From NCBI GenBank assembly GCA_964234715.1, contig OZ174283.1: a stretch of DNA of 64,000 nt; one strand, 5' to 3'. The DNA comes from Podarcis melisellensis. Its lineage: Eukaryota. A program made the translations under genes and the position numbers. This document shows positions 38,101 to 50,624 of the stretch, piece by piece. The notes below the pieces were generated by a model. The model searched no databases, had not been told where the DNA came from, and worked only from the letters and a program-made list of their open reading frames with translations. Every line of letters begins with the position of its first letter. The first letter of the stretch is position 1.

Positions 38101-41100
38101 TTCAAGCATGACATATATATTTTTCTGTGCAGAGATTCAAACCATACATACAATCGCTAACATCGCAAATTGCTATTCAATTGCTACAATTCCGCAGGCA
38201 CTCAAGATCGCAAATTGGCAATAAAACATGTTTTTTTCTTCCGTTTTACCGTATGTCTGTTTCAGCAGAAATATCGTAAAAGCCCATTTTGGTAAGGTGA
38301 AGAATATACGCCACACTTAAACTTTTCATGGTCAGAATTTGGAAAAAATGAGCGGCTTATATTTGGGGCAACATGGTCTTTTTAAAATGCTCCTTCATTT
38401 TTTAAAAAATCCACACAAGTACGGTAAAACACAATCAGCAGGGAGAAAGACTCTGTGCTCATCCACACCTCCAAGTGTTCCTATTTTTCAGGGACATCCC
38501 TGATTTAGAGTTTCTGATTTGATGCCGGAATGTCCCACTTGTACTTAGGATTTCCCCATTTTCATCGGAGAAATGTTGGAGGGTATGTAGTCATCTGACC
38601 CCCGAGCCGTCTGAAGACAATCCTGTATAGGGAAGGTTTTTTTGAATGTTCAATGTTTTATTATGTTTTTATATATGTTGGAAGCTTCCCAGAGTGTCTG
38701 TAGCAATGTCAGATGCGTTTGGTATAAATAGTAAAATTATTGTTATGGAATGGGATGCCCCTATTTTCACCGGAGAAATATTGGAGGGTATGCACCTTAC
38801 TGTGTGACTCTTCTACTTCCAGGAAGTTTTCTTTTTTTATGCGGGGAATATTCATAAAATGAAAGCACCCACTTGCAGCCTGAAGTTCTCCAGTCTCATT
38901 CTGCTGCATGTGTTAGACCAAACCTTTGTTTCAGCTCCCTTAAGTACTTTGCCTCAGGTCCTCCACGTACAAACCAATTTCTTGCAAAACCTCATACCTC
39001 TCGGCTGACTCACCGTCTGAGACAGTCCCAGGTTGAACTTAATTGATCAGCAGCATCTAGGTTTTGTGTTACCCTCACCAAAGCCCATCGTCTCAATGCA
39101 TGCAGCTTTGAGTCCAATTGTAACTTGCCCTGGGACCAGCAATATTTCAGGAAGAGCAGGCAAGAAAGCAAAATAGTAAATAATAATAAAGAAATATAAA
39201 TAAACAGCTTTCAAGCATGACTTTTTTTTTCTGCGCAGAGACTCAAATATAGGGAATGCTTTACATGTTACACTTTCTGTATATAGAGGAGGAACAGTAT
39301 GCTAAAATGAGCAAAGTGTGTATTTTGCCACAGTCACACATGCTGAAAAGTGGCTGTGCACCCACACTCAGGCCCTGCTCCCCTGAAAGCATCTCATTGG
39401 CCAATGAGTCCATGCAGCAAACCCGGAAGTATTTTACCAGGTTTCGCCCTGCGCGCATGTGCAGAAGAAGAAGAGTTTGGATTTGATATCCCGCCTTTCA
39501 CTCCCTTTAAGGAGTCTCAAAGCGGCTAACATTCTCCTTTCCCTTCCTTCCCCACAACAAACACTCTGTGAAATGAGTGGGGCTGAGAGACTTCAAAGAA
39601 GTGTGACTAGCCCAAGGTCACCCAGCAGCTGCATGTGGAGGAGCAGAGATGCGAACCCGGTTCACCAGATTACGAGTCTACCGCTCTTAACCACTACACC
39701 ACACAGTCCTCAGGTTGTGGAAACCTCAGGATCTGACCAGACCTCCGGAACGGATTCTGTCCACAACCAGAGGTACCACTGTGTGTCGAAAACACACACA
39801 AGGATGTTGATACTTAGCCCTTTCATACCTAGCATTGTGTTTAACAGTCCAAAAGGACATAATTTTAGAAATGATGAATCATGGAATTGTAGAGTTGAAA
39901 AGGGTTCCAGAAGTCATTTAGTCCAACCCCCTGCAATTGCAGAAGTCACAGCTCAAGAATTCCTGACAGACAGCTATCCAATATCTGCTTAAAAACCTTC
40001 AGTGAAGTCTTCCAAGGTTAATAAGACAGCAAATACCAGAGTCTGACAAGGGGTAAATTAAACTTATATGGAAGAGTTTATTTATAAGAATGCGGTTCTG
40101 GCTGTTAAGAAATAAGCGACATTCTTATCATGCTAGAGCCCATTCTTACATATGCTGAAGTTGTTTTTAAAATTGGTATCAAAACATAAACGGATCAAGG
40201 GTTGAATTCTCACCCCTTCCTTGATGTTGCCATAAGCTGGCAAGTTGTGTTCATTCATACCTGTCCAGAGATCACAATGTCATTATCAAAACTCAGAGTT
40301 CCATTAGCCTCAGCTATGGCTGGATTTGCATAGCACATTGCTCCATTAACAGGTTTGAACGATTCGGTAGGAGGAGGAGGGAGACTTCGGGGAGGTTTCA
40401 GTTCTTCAGGTTCAAAGTGGCTGTGACTGCTCTAAAAAGAACCAAATAAAACAGGAAAGGTTCAAATGGAGTTCAGAAGCAGAAAAGTTGCTCAAATGCA
40501 TTATGGCACAACAGGGCAGAAATTTGTCAGCATCTGTGACTGAGATATAAATTTGCAGAGGAGACCGATTTGTCTGCTCTGGTCCTTAGTCTAAACCCAA
40601 ATTCAGCTTTTTGAACTTCTTATTCTGCCCAATTAAACAGGCATGCTGATCTTTAACATTGAAAAGTGTTTATTTTGTGTCCTGCTTATCTACCCACCTG
40701 GCTATAGGCCTTCAGTATCATTTTAAGAACTCTTTCCACAAAGAAGAGGATGTAGAATCCGCCAAACACAGCTACCGCTTTTTCAATGTAGTTATCGATT
40801 TTGGGGTCGAATCCAAATGCCTAGGAAGAAGGTTGAACAGCGAGTCCAGGTTAACCCAAAATGCAATGTGCTTTATTTGGAATATATATATACACACACA
40901 TATTGTAAGGGAATACTCACTACTCACCCTTTAACCAGAAGCAGTGGGCCACGGTTGGCAACCAGCAAAAAGTCAAGGCAATGGTGCAAACACATTAGGA
41001 AGAACAGCAGATTGGTTCAATCTGTCCATTGCACCGCACTAACCTCCCTGCCACCTCCCCTCTTCCTCCTGTCCTTCTTGGTAAGCAACAGTGCCCCCTC

Positions 41101-44100
41101 TGCCAGGAAGCTAGCACTGCAGCTCCACCACACCTAGCAAGACTTCTCAACCTGTTCAACCAAGTTCAGTGCCTAAATTTGCCCTGCACTGTCCCCCATC
41201 TGAGCACAACCATATGTAAATGGTTAGAAGACTGATTTACTTATAACTAGTGTGGCAATTTATGGACTTAGGGTCTTTGGCTTGTTCATCTTTCAATGAC
41301 CTGTTAGATGGGAGAGCAGCAGGTTTCTTAGATGGGAGAATAGCCAGTCAAGGCTGTCTCATTCTCCTGAATGAGGTTCATGGCAGGAGAAAGAACGTTC
41401 AGCAGCTCAATGAATACCCATCTGTTCAAGTATATTTCAGACCTGGTCAGGGGAACACATGCGACAGGATCATGTTTGCAGTTCTACTGCCATCTTCACC
41501 CGTTTTATCCTTACCTCTGGAATAAGCTGGAAAATTGCATTGGAAAAGAGGGTTCCAATGGCCAAACCTACAAAGTAGGTTAAAATCTTGGGGAAATAGT
41601 CTTTCTTTAAAAGAGGAGTTAAGACCAATCCAAGGAGTGAAGCAAAGTTGATAATAGTCACAGCAAGGAAACCGAAGCCCCAGACTGTATAAGAGAGAGG
41701 GGGGGGGGAAATGTAGTCAAAATATTAGCCATATTAAAAATCATTCGATATCAGATGGATCTGGCAGGGAAAATTTACTTATCTCGTTGGGGAACAGCTG
41801 AATTAAAGGCATAATGTTTGGTTAATATTTAAGTCAGGAACCAGGATAAGAGAGGAATGTTTCTGCCAATTATTTTAGAATGTGCTGGTTGTAAAAGAAA
41901 ACCCAAAATAGCCCCTTAGTATAGCTCTCTCGCTGCATAAGAAACAGAATTGTTAGGGCAGTTCTGCTGAAAACAACGTATTATAAACCAGAGGTAGGGC
42001 CACATTCTCTTCTGTACAACTTTCTGAGGGCCAAATCCCAGTGATGCATGGAGCCAGAGGCAAAGGTGGGCAGAGCAATGAATATACATTTCACCTTTGC
42101 TTAGCAGGCTAGTTGCTACACCTACACCTCTCTATCCTTTATCCAGACAAGCAAGAGGCATCGTCAGAATTCTAGGGCACATTTCAGCCAGGCAACAACA
42201 TTTGAGGAGGGGGTGAAGAAGGCCAGTGAGAGGTGTGGCCTGGGAAAGGGGGTGTGGCCTGTGGAGTATTCCAATGATCATCAGCTAGCAAGACCTGGAG
42301 AGTTGCATTCACAGACCTCCAAGTGTCCCTATTTTCTAGGGACGTCCCTTATTTAGAGAAGCTGTCCCGCTTTGATCCTGGAATGTCCCGCTTTTCCTTA
42401 GGATGTCCCTATTTTCATTGGAGAAATGTTGGAGGGTATGGAGTTATCCATGGGACATGGGTGGCGCGGTGGGTTAAACCACAGAGCCTAGGACTTGCCA
42501 ATCAGAAGGTCGCGGTTCAAATCCCCGCAACAGGGTGAGCTCCCATTGCTCGGTCCCTGCTCCTGCCAGCCTAGCAGTTCGAAAGCACATCAAAGTGCAA
42601 GTAGATAAATAGGTACCACTCCGGCGGGAAGGTAAACGGCATTTCCGTGAACTGCTCTAGTTTGCCAGAAGCGGCTTAGTTGTACCCCTGCTCCCTTGGC
42701 CAATAAAGTGAGATGAGCGTCCAACCCCCGAGCCATCTGAAGGCAGTCCTGTATAGGGAATGTTTTTTTAATGTTTAATGTCTTATTATGTTTTCATTGT
42801 ATATTGGAAGCTGCCCAGAGTGGCTGGGGCAACCCAGTCAGATGTGTGGGGTATAAATAGTAAAATTATCATTATGGAATGGGACATCCTTATTTTCATC
42901 GGAGAAATGTTGGAGGGTATGCATTCAGCCCCAGGCCTGAGGCTCCCCACCCCTGTTGTAAACCACAAGGAAAATATCATTATAGGTGTTGCACAGAAAA
43001 CAAGTTACAAACTACTAAAGGGATGTTATTGAATTTCTGTGTCATTTGCATATTTGTTGTACATCACCCTGAGCTCCCTTGAAGGAAGAACGATTTATAA
43101 ATATTCTAAATAAATAAAATATGCATTTGTAACTGAGTATGTGTTCACCCTGAAGCCATAGCACATCAGGTTACGCCCTGAATTAAAATATAAAACACCA
43201 TATTTCCATTGCAGTCTTGAATTATCACACATTTCCTAACAGTTAACTTTTCTAGAGGCAATCAGAGGCAATATAACTTGTGCAAAACTGGGTGCAAACC
43301 AGCAGTGGGCAACAAGGCGGCGCTCTAGTCAGGGTAGATTCCCTCCCCAACCCTTTTGAGGAGTTAGAGCATATGTTCTGCATGCAGAAGATCCCAAATT
43401 CAATCCCTGGCATCTCTCATTAAAAGGGATCGGGTTGTGGGTGATGGGAAAGATGTGGAGATGCCCTGGAGCTGCTGCCCACAGAGTAGACAATATTGAG
43501 CTAAATGGACAGTCTGACCAGGAATAAGGCAGCTTCCACCCAACAGCAAAAGCCAGTGCAGACCGCCAGCCATATGCCCCGTTAACATGTAGCAACATTG
43601 CTCCACAGATTTGTGTAAAATGAATAAATAACAGGGCTAAATAAATCTCACGGCTATACCAGTCACCAGTGACAGGTACCTTCTGTAGGAGATGGCTTGG
43701 AATTGCCTTTGGACACGGATTTTTCACAAGGGTGAAAAATCAGCTGCTGTACAACAGCAGGACATATTGTGGAGAAGCTGGACTCGGTGATCTTGCTGCT
43801 GTTTGACATTCCATGCAGAGAAAAGATGTCTTCAGCAGACATGCACTGAAACAAAATGAGAAACTTGGGTTAGCTTGAGAAAGAAAATAGCAGAGATGTT
43901 GGGAAAGGAGAGTGGTCTGGCTCTGATGCTTCACAGTTTTGAGGCAAAACTAGGGTGTCATTGACTGGATAAAGTGAGATGGTCATCTGGGGATGAGCAG
44001 ATCTATGTGGATAGTCACTTGGGGCAAATAATAATAATAATTGTAGGGGGATTAAACTGACCTGCATAGATGTCACCCCTAGACCAGCCTTACCTCTGAA

Positions 44101-44227
44101 AGTTAACCTTAAGAACCTTAAGCCTAAGAAATGCTTTGGTCATCATTTTGGTTTCAGTGCATCTCTGGTTTGAACGACTCACTTCACCTGATGAAAACCA
44201 ACACTTTTCCATTTTTAGACATGATCT

Positions 44228-44262
<35 letters not shown>

Positions 44263-45792
44263 TTTTATTAATTTTTTAACATATCAGTTCCAACAGTCAT
44301 ACAACATATCTTCACATCTTTAAAATATTTTTGACTTCCGTCAACCCCTCTGATGATTTTCCGTTCTTTATCACTTATTCTGCATTTCCTAATTTCCTAT
44401 TACATTTAATTATCCTTAACTAATAATTCTTTTCGTAGTCTTTCTTACAACATTTCAAATAATCCACCTTACAAAACTTCTTGCAGTCCTACTAACGTAA
44501 GCTGTTCATCACAATTACTTTTCAAATAGTTCATATATTTACTCCAGTCTTCTAAGAATCTCTGATCCTGCAGGTTTTGAATCCTTCCTGTTAATTTATC
44601 TAATTCTGCATTTTTAGACGTGATCTCATTTCCCCATCCCTGCACAACAGACTTTGGAAAATCCACACCTAGATTTGTTGCTGCTATTTACCAGAAATGA
44701 GGGCAAAAAGCTGCCGTTGGAATCTGAGCACTTTATGTCAATAAGCCCTTCGAACATTTCTTATCCTGGTGTCACAGTTTCACTGAGACAATTATGAAGC
44801 AATGCATCAGTGCTATTTACAGGAAGTAAAACAGAATTGTTAATACTCTTGACAGCTTTTGTCCTGAAGTTTTGCATGAACAGACCAAGACTCTCCCCGT
44901 AAAACCAGAATCTTAACAAATTAATTACAATGAAATCCCTAAGCATATTAAGTATATTTTCAAGGCTTCCAAGCTGCAATTATTTAATCTTCAAAACAGG
45001 TTTAATGGCTTGGAAAAGTCTAGGGAGGTCATTTCAAGTGCTTTAGTTTCCATGGTTCTAATGTTAAAGGGAACATGAAAGTGCAGTTTCTTAAATTCCA
45101 GCAGTGCAATCATATACGTGTCTACTCTGTTAGTAAGTCCCACTGAGCTCAGCGGGGCTTGCTCCCATATAAGTGTGCAAAAGATAGTCCTATCAGCAAT
45201 TTTTAGGGATGTCAAACAGCATTCACTCATGCACAAGAAGGAGGTATCAGTAGACTCAGGATAATTTCAAGGTTTGCAAATGGTTAAAAATGGGGGGGGG
45301 CTCAGCCTAGAATACCTGAAGGAGCGTCTCCACCCCCATTGTTCAGCCGGGACACTGAGGTCCAGCTCCGAGGGCCTTCTGGAGGTTCCCTCCCTGCGAG
45401 AAGTGAGGTTACGGGGAACCAGACAGAGGGCCTTCTCGGTAGTGGCACCTGTCCTGTGGAACGCCCTCCCATCAGCTATCAAGGAAATAAACAACTATCT
45501 GACTTTTGGAAGACATCTGAAGACAGCCCTGTTTAGGGAAAACAAAATAAAAAAAATTCCTTCCAGTAGCACCTTAAAGACCAACTAAGTTAGTTCTAGG
45601 TATGAGCTTTCGTGTGCATGCACACTTCTTGTTTTGACTATGGCAGACCAACACGGCTACCTATCTGTAACTGTTTAGGGAAGTTTTTAATGTTTGATGT
45701 TTTATTGCTTTATTATTATTAATATTAATATTTTGTTGGGAGCCACCCAGAGTGGCTGGGGAAACCCAGCCAGATGGGCGGGGTATAAATAA

Positions 45793-45839
<47 letters not shown>

Positions 45840-48750
45840 GTTGTAGGGGCTCTGCAAAAATAACCCTGTAAGAGTGCAATGGCACAGAGTGCTGACAATT
45901 GACAGATTGTGGAAGGAGGGGTGGAGTTGCCTGAAAAGGAAGAAAGAAATGGCCTTGACTTGCCACTCATCTCAAAACTCATTCCTTCCTTCCTTCCTTC
46001 CTTCCTTCCTTCCTTCCTTCCTTCTCTCTCTCTCTCCTCATTTTCACTGTTCACACTCTCCTCCTCATTCTCTGTCATTTCCCCCTTTCCTTTTTTTGCT
46101 TTCTGTTGGAAAAAGCTCCCAGGCAGTGGTATTTATGGACTGGGGTGCATCATGGGGTGTGCCTGCTTGCGTAGATAAGAGGGGGGGAATTGAACACAGT
46201 GTGGTACCTCAGGTTACAGACGCTTCAGGTTACAGACTCCGCTAACCCAGAAATAGTACCTCAGGTTAAGAACTTTGCTTCAGGATGAGAACAGAAATCA
46301 TGCAGCAGCAGCAGGAGACCCCATTAGCTAAAGTGGTACCTCAGGTTAAGGACAGTTTCAGGTTAAGAACGGACCTCCAGAACGAATTAAGTTCTTAACC
46401 TGAGGTACCACTGTATTGCAGGGCAGCGGCATCAAAACTCTGGAATGGCCTCTCTGAGAAAACCCATTTCGCACCCTCTTTTCTATTTTTAGATGTTTCA
46501 TTTTAGAAAGCTTTTACCGTATAATGGTACACTGATTTAAAACAATGAGCTGTCTTCGTTGCTGCTATTTAAGTGTCCTGTTCTATTGTCTTAGCTTTTT
46601 ATGGCTTTGACCTATAAAGCCAATACGTCCAGGTCTGCCTCTCCTCACAAGAACCAACACAGTCCCTGTGTGCCCCCTTCCAAGAGTAGGCCTTTGCAGT
46701 AGGGGCTCCCCATTTATGGAAAACTCTCCCCGGGGAGGCATACCTGACACCATCACTGTCTGTTTTTAGGTTCCAGCAAAAACATTCTTATTCGCACAGA
46801 CCTCTGGAATTTAATTCTGAACACATTATTTAGTAGGGTGGGGTTGAGACAGTTTCTCTCTTTTTCGCATATTATTGTATTTTAGATTGTTTTTCATTCT
46901 TGCTTTTATATCTGCTTTTAATCTTTGGGTGTGTGTTTTTTTAAAAGTTGGTCTGAGCTCATTTTTTTGAAATAAGCAATATATTTAAAACAATAAGTAA
47001 AATAAAGGAACAAGAAACAAAAAAGCAACTGAACAATACCGATTCTCTGGTTTCAAATGATTTATTACATAGTTTTAAATTATGCCGCTGTAAGCTACCC
47101 CAAGCATTTTGCAGAAAGGTGGGGGAGAATATTAAAGAATGAGATAGAAATAAAGAAAATGATTGTAGTGATATATGGTTTTTCTCTATTAACTACTTTT
47201 GGTATGTTTATACAGAAAAGTGGGATAAAAATGAATAGCAATAATAATGTCACCTTGGAGAAAGGGTGGGATGCAAATAATTTTTTTTAATAAAATATGA
47301 TTAAAAATAACTCTAATTGCATCTATGAAGTATTCCTTTGGCAAAACTTGGATATTTATATACTCAAAGGCATCTTNNNNNNNNNNNNNNNNNNNNNNNN
47401 NNNNNNNNNNNNNNNNNNNNNNNNNNNNNNNNNNNNNNNNNNNNNNNNNNNNNNNNNNNNNNNNNNNNNNNNNNNNNNNNNNNNNNNNNNNNNNNNNNNN
47501 NNNNNNNNNNNNNNCTGGACTATGTCAAAGTCTTTGTTCAATGTTTCAGCCCAATTAAAAGGTAAAGGGATCCCTGACCATTAGGTCCAGTCGTGGCCAA
47601 CTCTGGGGTTGCAGCGCTCATCTCGCTTTATTGGCCAAGGGAGCTGGCGTACAGCTTCCAAGTCATGTTGCCAGCATGACTAAGATGCTTCTGGCGAATC
47701 AGAGCAGCACACGGAAACGCCGTTTACCTTCCCGCCGTAGTGGTATCTATTTATCTACTTGCACTTTGACGTGCTTTCAAACTGCTAGGTGGGCAGGAGC
47801 AAGGACCGAGCAAAGGGAGCTCACCCCATCGCGGGTATTCAAACCGCCGACCTTCTGATCGGCAAGCCCCAGGCTCAGTGGTTTAGACCACAGTGCCACC
47901 CACGTCCCTCTTCAGCCCAATTACAGTGCCACCTACGTCCCTCTTCAGCCCAGTTACACTGCCCTGTTACCAATGAGCCAATATCAGATTTGCATACTTT
48001 CATTGATGCGTTTATGATATGCTTAAGTGTATTATCTGCTTAACAGCATCAGCGATAAAACTGAGGTTTTCACATGTTCCACTGTCAGTTTTATCTCTGA
48101 TTTCAATCTTTCATTCCCTCCCCCCCATTTTTTTATTTTCTTTTTATTGTGACGACTATTATTATTTATTTCCATTTTATTGCAATGAGTAGTCCTGATA
48201 ATAATTCTTTCGAAGGATGGCACAGAAGTCAATAAAAAAGTCAGTAAAAAAAGCTAATCGAAACAAAGTTGCAGCAGATATCATAAGAGCTGAGGATTCT
48301 TTCCCCAGGAGAAAAAGTGGCCCATGTGTGCTCCTTTGCAGAAGGCAGCCCTCTATTTAGGTGGAGTCCTCAGTTTGAAAGGCTGTCTGGCCCAAATCTA
48401 GTTTAATGCTAGAGAACCAAAAGCAAGGTAAGGCGGCTGGTGGTATTCCATGCATAATTTTATTTACTCCTGTCATGTCACCACCCTGAGGTCCAGCGCC
48501 GAGGGCCTTCTGGAAGTTCCCTCACTGCGAGAAGCCAAGTTACAGGGAACCAGGCAGAGGGCCTTCTCGGTAGTGGTGCCTGCCCTGTGGAACACCCTCC
48601 CACCAGATGTCAACGAAATAAACAACTAGCTGACGTTTAGAAGGCATCTGAAGGCAGCCCTGTTTAGGGAAGTTTTTAATGACTGATGTTTTAATGTAAT
48701 TTATTTCTTTTGTTGGAAGCCACCCAGAGTGATGGGCAGGGTATAAATAA

Positions 48751-48808
<58 letters not shown>

Positions 48809-49054
48809 CTTACTCAAATCCCCTCTAAACTAAAAAATCCCAAATGCGGCTACCTTTCCTCACAGGGAAGTCCTCCCACCCCCTTGAACTTTTCTGTTTC
48901 TCTTTTCTGTACCTTTTCCAAGCTTGGTCAACACATGCAAGGGAATAAGGTGGTAGAATGACTGGACAACTTGAGGCTGCAAGTAGTGGATTCTACACAT
49001 TACAAATAATTCCCCTCAAATAGGAAACCAGCACAATAAAGAGACAAGCGATCT

Positions 49055-49105
<51 letters not shown>

Positions 49106-50568
49106 TGCTTGCAAGGAGTTTGCTGTATGGGCAAGCACTGAGAACTGACAACTCCCCACTTGCAACCTGCCATTCTAGCACACCCTTCTGCTGCACCAAG
49201 CCTATGAAAGTCGCTAGTTCACAAAAGGCCGATTATCCTGCCTGCTCCCAGACATTTGCCTCCTGAAGATCTGGCCTTTTTCCACCTGTTGGCAATTCCT
49301 GCTCAACCAGTGACCAGATGGGTGGAGGAACTGGTAACTGGTTCTCAAAGGAATTTTTGCTTATGGATTGCAACACAGCAACATTTCCCAAAATGTCTGC
49401 TCAGACGTCATCCACCCTTCCCACCTTCTTTCTTTGCTATGCCTGTGTGTGTGTGTGTGTGTGTGTGTGTAAGTGTAACAAGCCTTGTATTTGAATTGCT
49501 ATGATCAGTCAGCATCCCATAGGGTGCCACAACTTACCATGTCAAGTGTTTTTACATGTGTTGTATAGCCTGATAGAAAAGCTATGGTTTACAATTTAGA
49601 TTAACAGAGTTCCCTGTGAAGAGGGACTGACTGTTAATTCCTTTGTAGCTCTGTGAAGGGAATGGGGTTCTCCTCATCAAACTACAACTCCCAGAATTCT
49701 TTGGGTGGTATCGTGCTGCTTTAAAGGTGTGCAGAGACTGGCTTTAGTCAGAACCATTTTTCTCTTCCTTCCTTGCCACCACGTCTACAACCAGTTGTAG
49801 AATGGCTGTCGCTTCATCCTTCAGAATTATAAATCCCCACTTGCATGGTTAGGAAATAATAGCAACATTAATTTGAATATAATACAGTGGTACCTCGGGT
49901 TAAGTACTTAATTCATTCTGGAGGTCCATTTTTAACCTGAAACTGTTCTTAACCTGAAGCACCACTTTAGCTAATGGGGTCTCCTGCTGCCGCCACACTG
50001 CCAGAGCACGATTTCTGTTCTCATCCTGAAGCAAAGTTCTTAACCCGAGGTACTATTTCTGGGTTAGCAGAGTCTGTAACCTGAAGCATCTGTAACCCGA
50101 GGTACCACTGTATTAACATAGCCGTGAACTGGAATTCAGCAGGCTGGTAAAAAGCCTTGAGGCTTACAGATCCTTGAGGCTTACAGTTCCAGGATGGCTA
50201 TGAGAGTTGTACACATATTCTACCTTGTCAAATGTTTTGAGCAATGGAGTAGGAGAATGCCCAGTCAGCCAAGTATCCATAGTGATATTATTCTTATATA
50301 TTTATTTATACTCTGCCTTTCTTGCTGATGGGACTCAACTCAAGGCAGCTTACAGATAAAAACACAGAAAAATCAATCATTAAAATGCAAGTAGACATGG
50401 ATAGATTTAAAACTGTATGCATATATAAAATCTCTTTTAAAACAAAAGTAATAATTACAATAAAAACAGCATGGAACCAGCTCTTCCCTTAAAAGCAGCA
50501 AACTCCCAAGGGAACAATTCCCTGTTGGAACAAGAAAGTCTTCACTCTGCATAAGGCCCTTTCACTTT

Positions 50569-50624
<56 letters not shown>

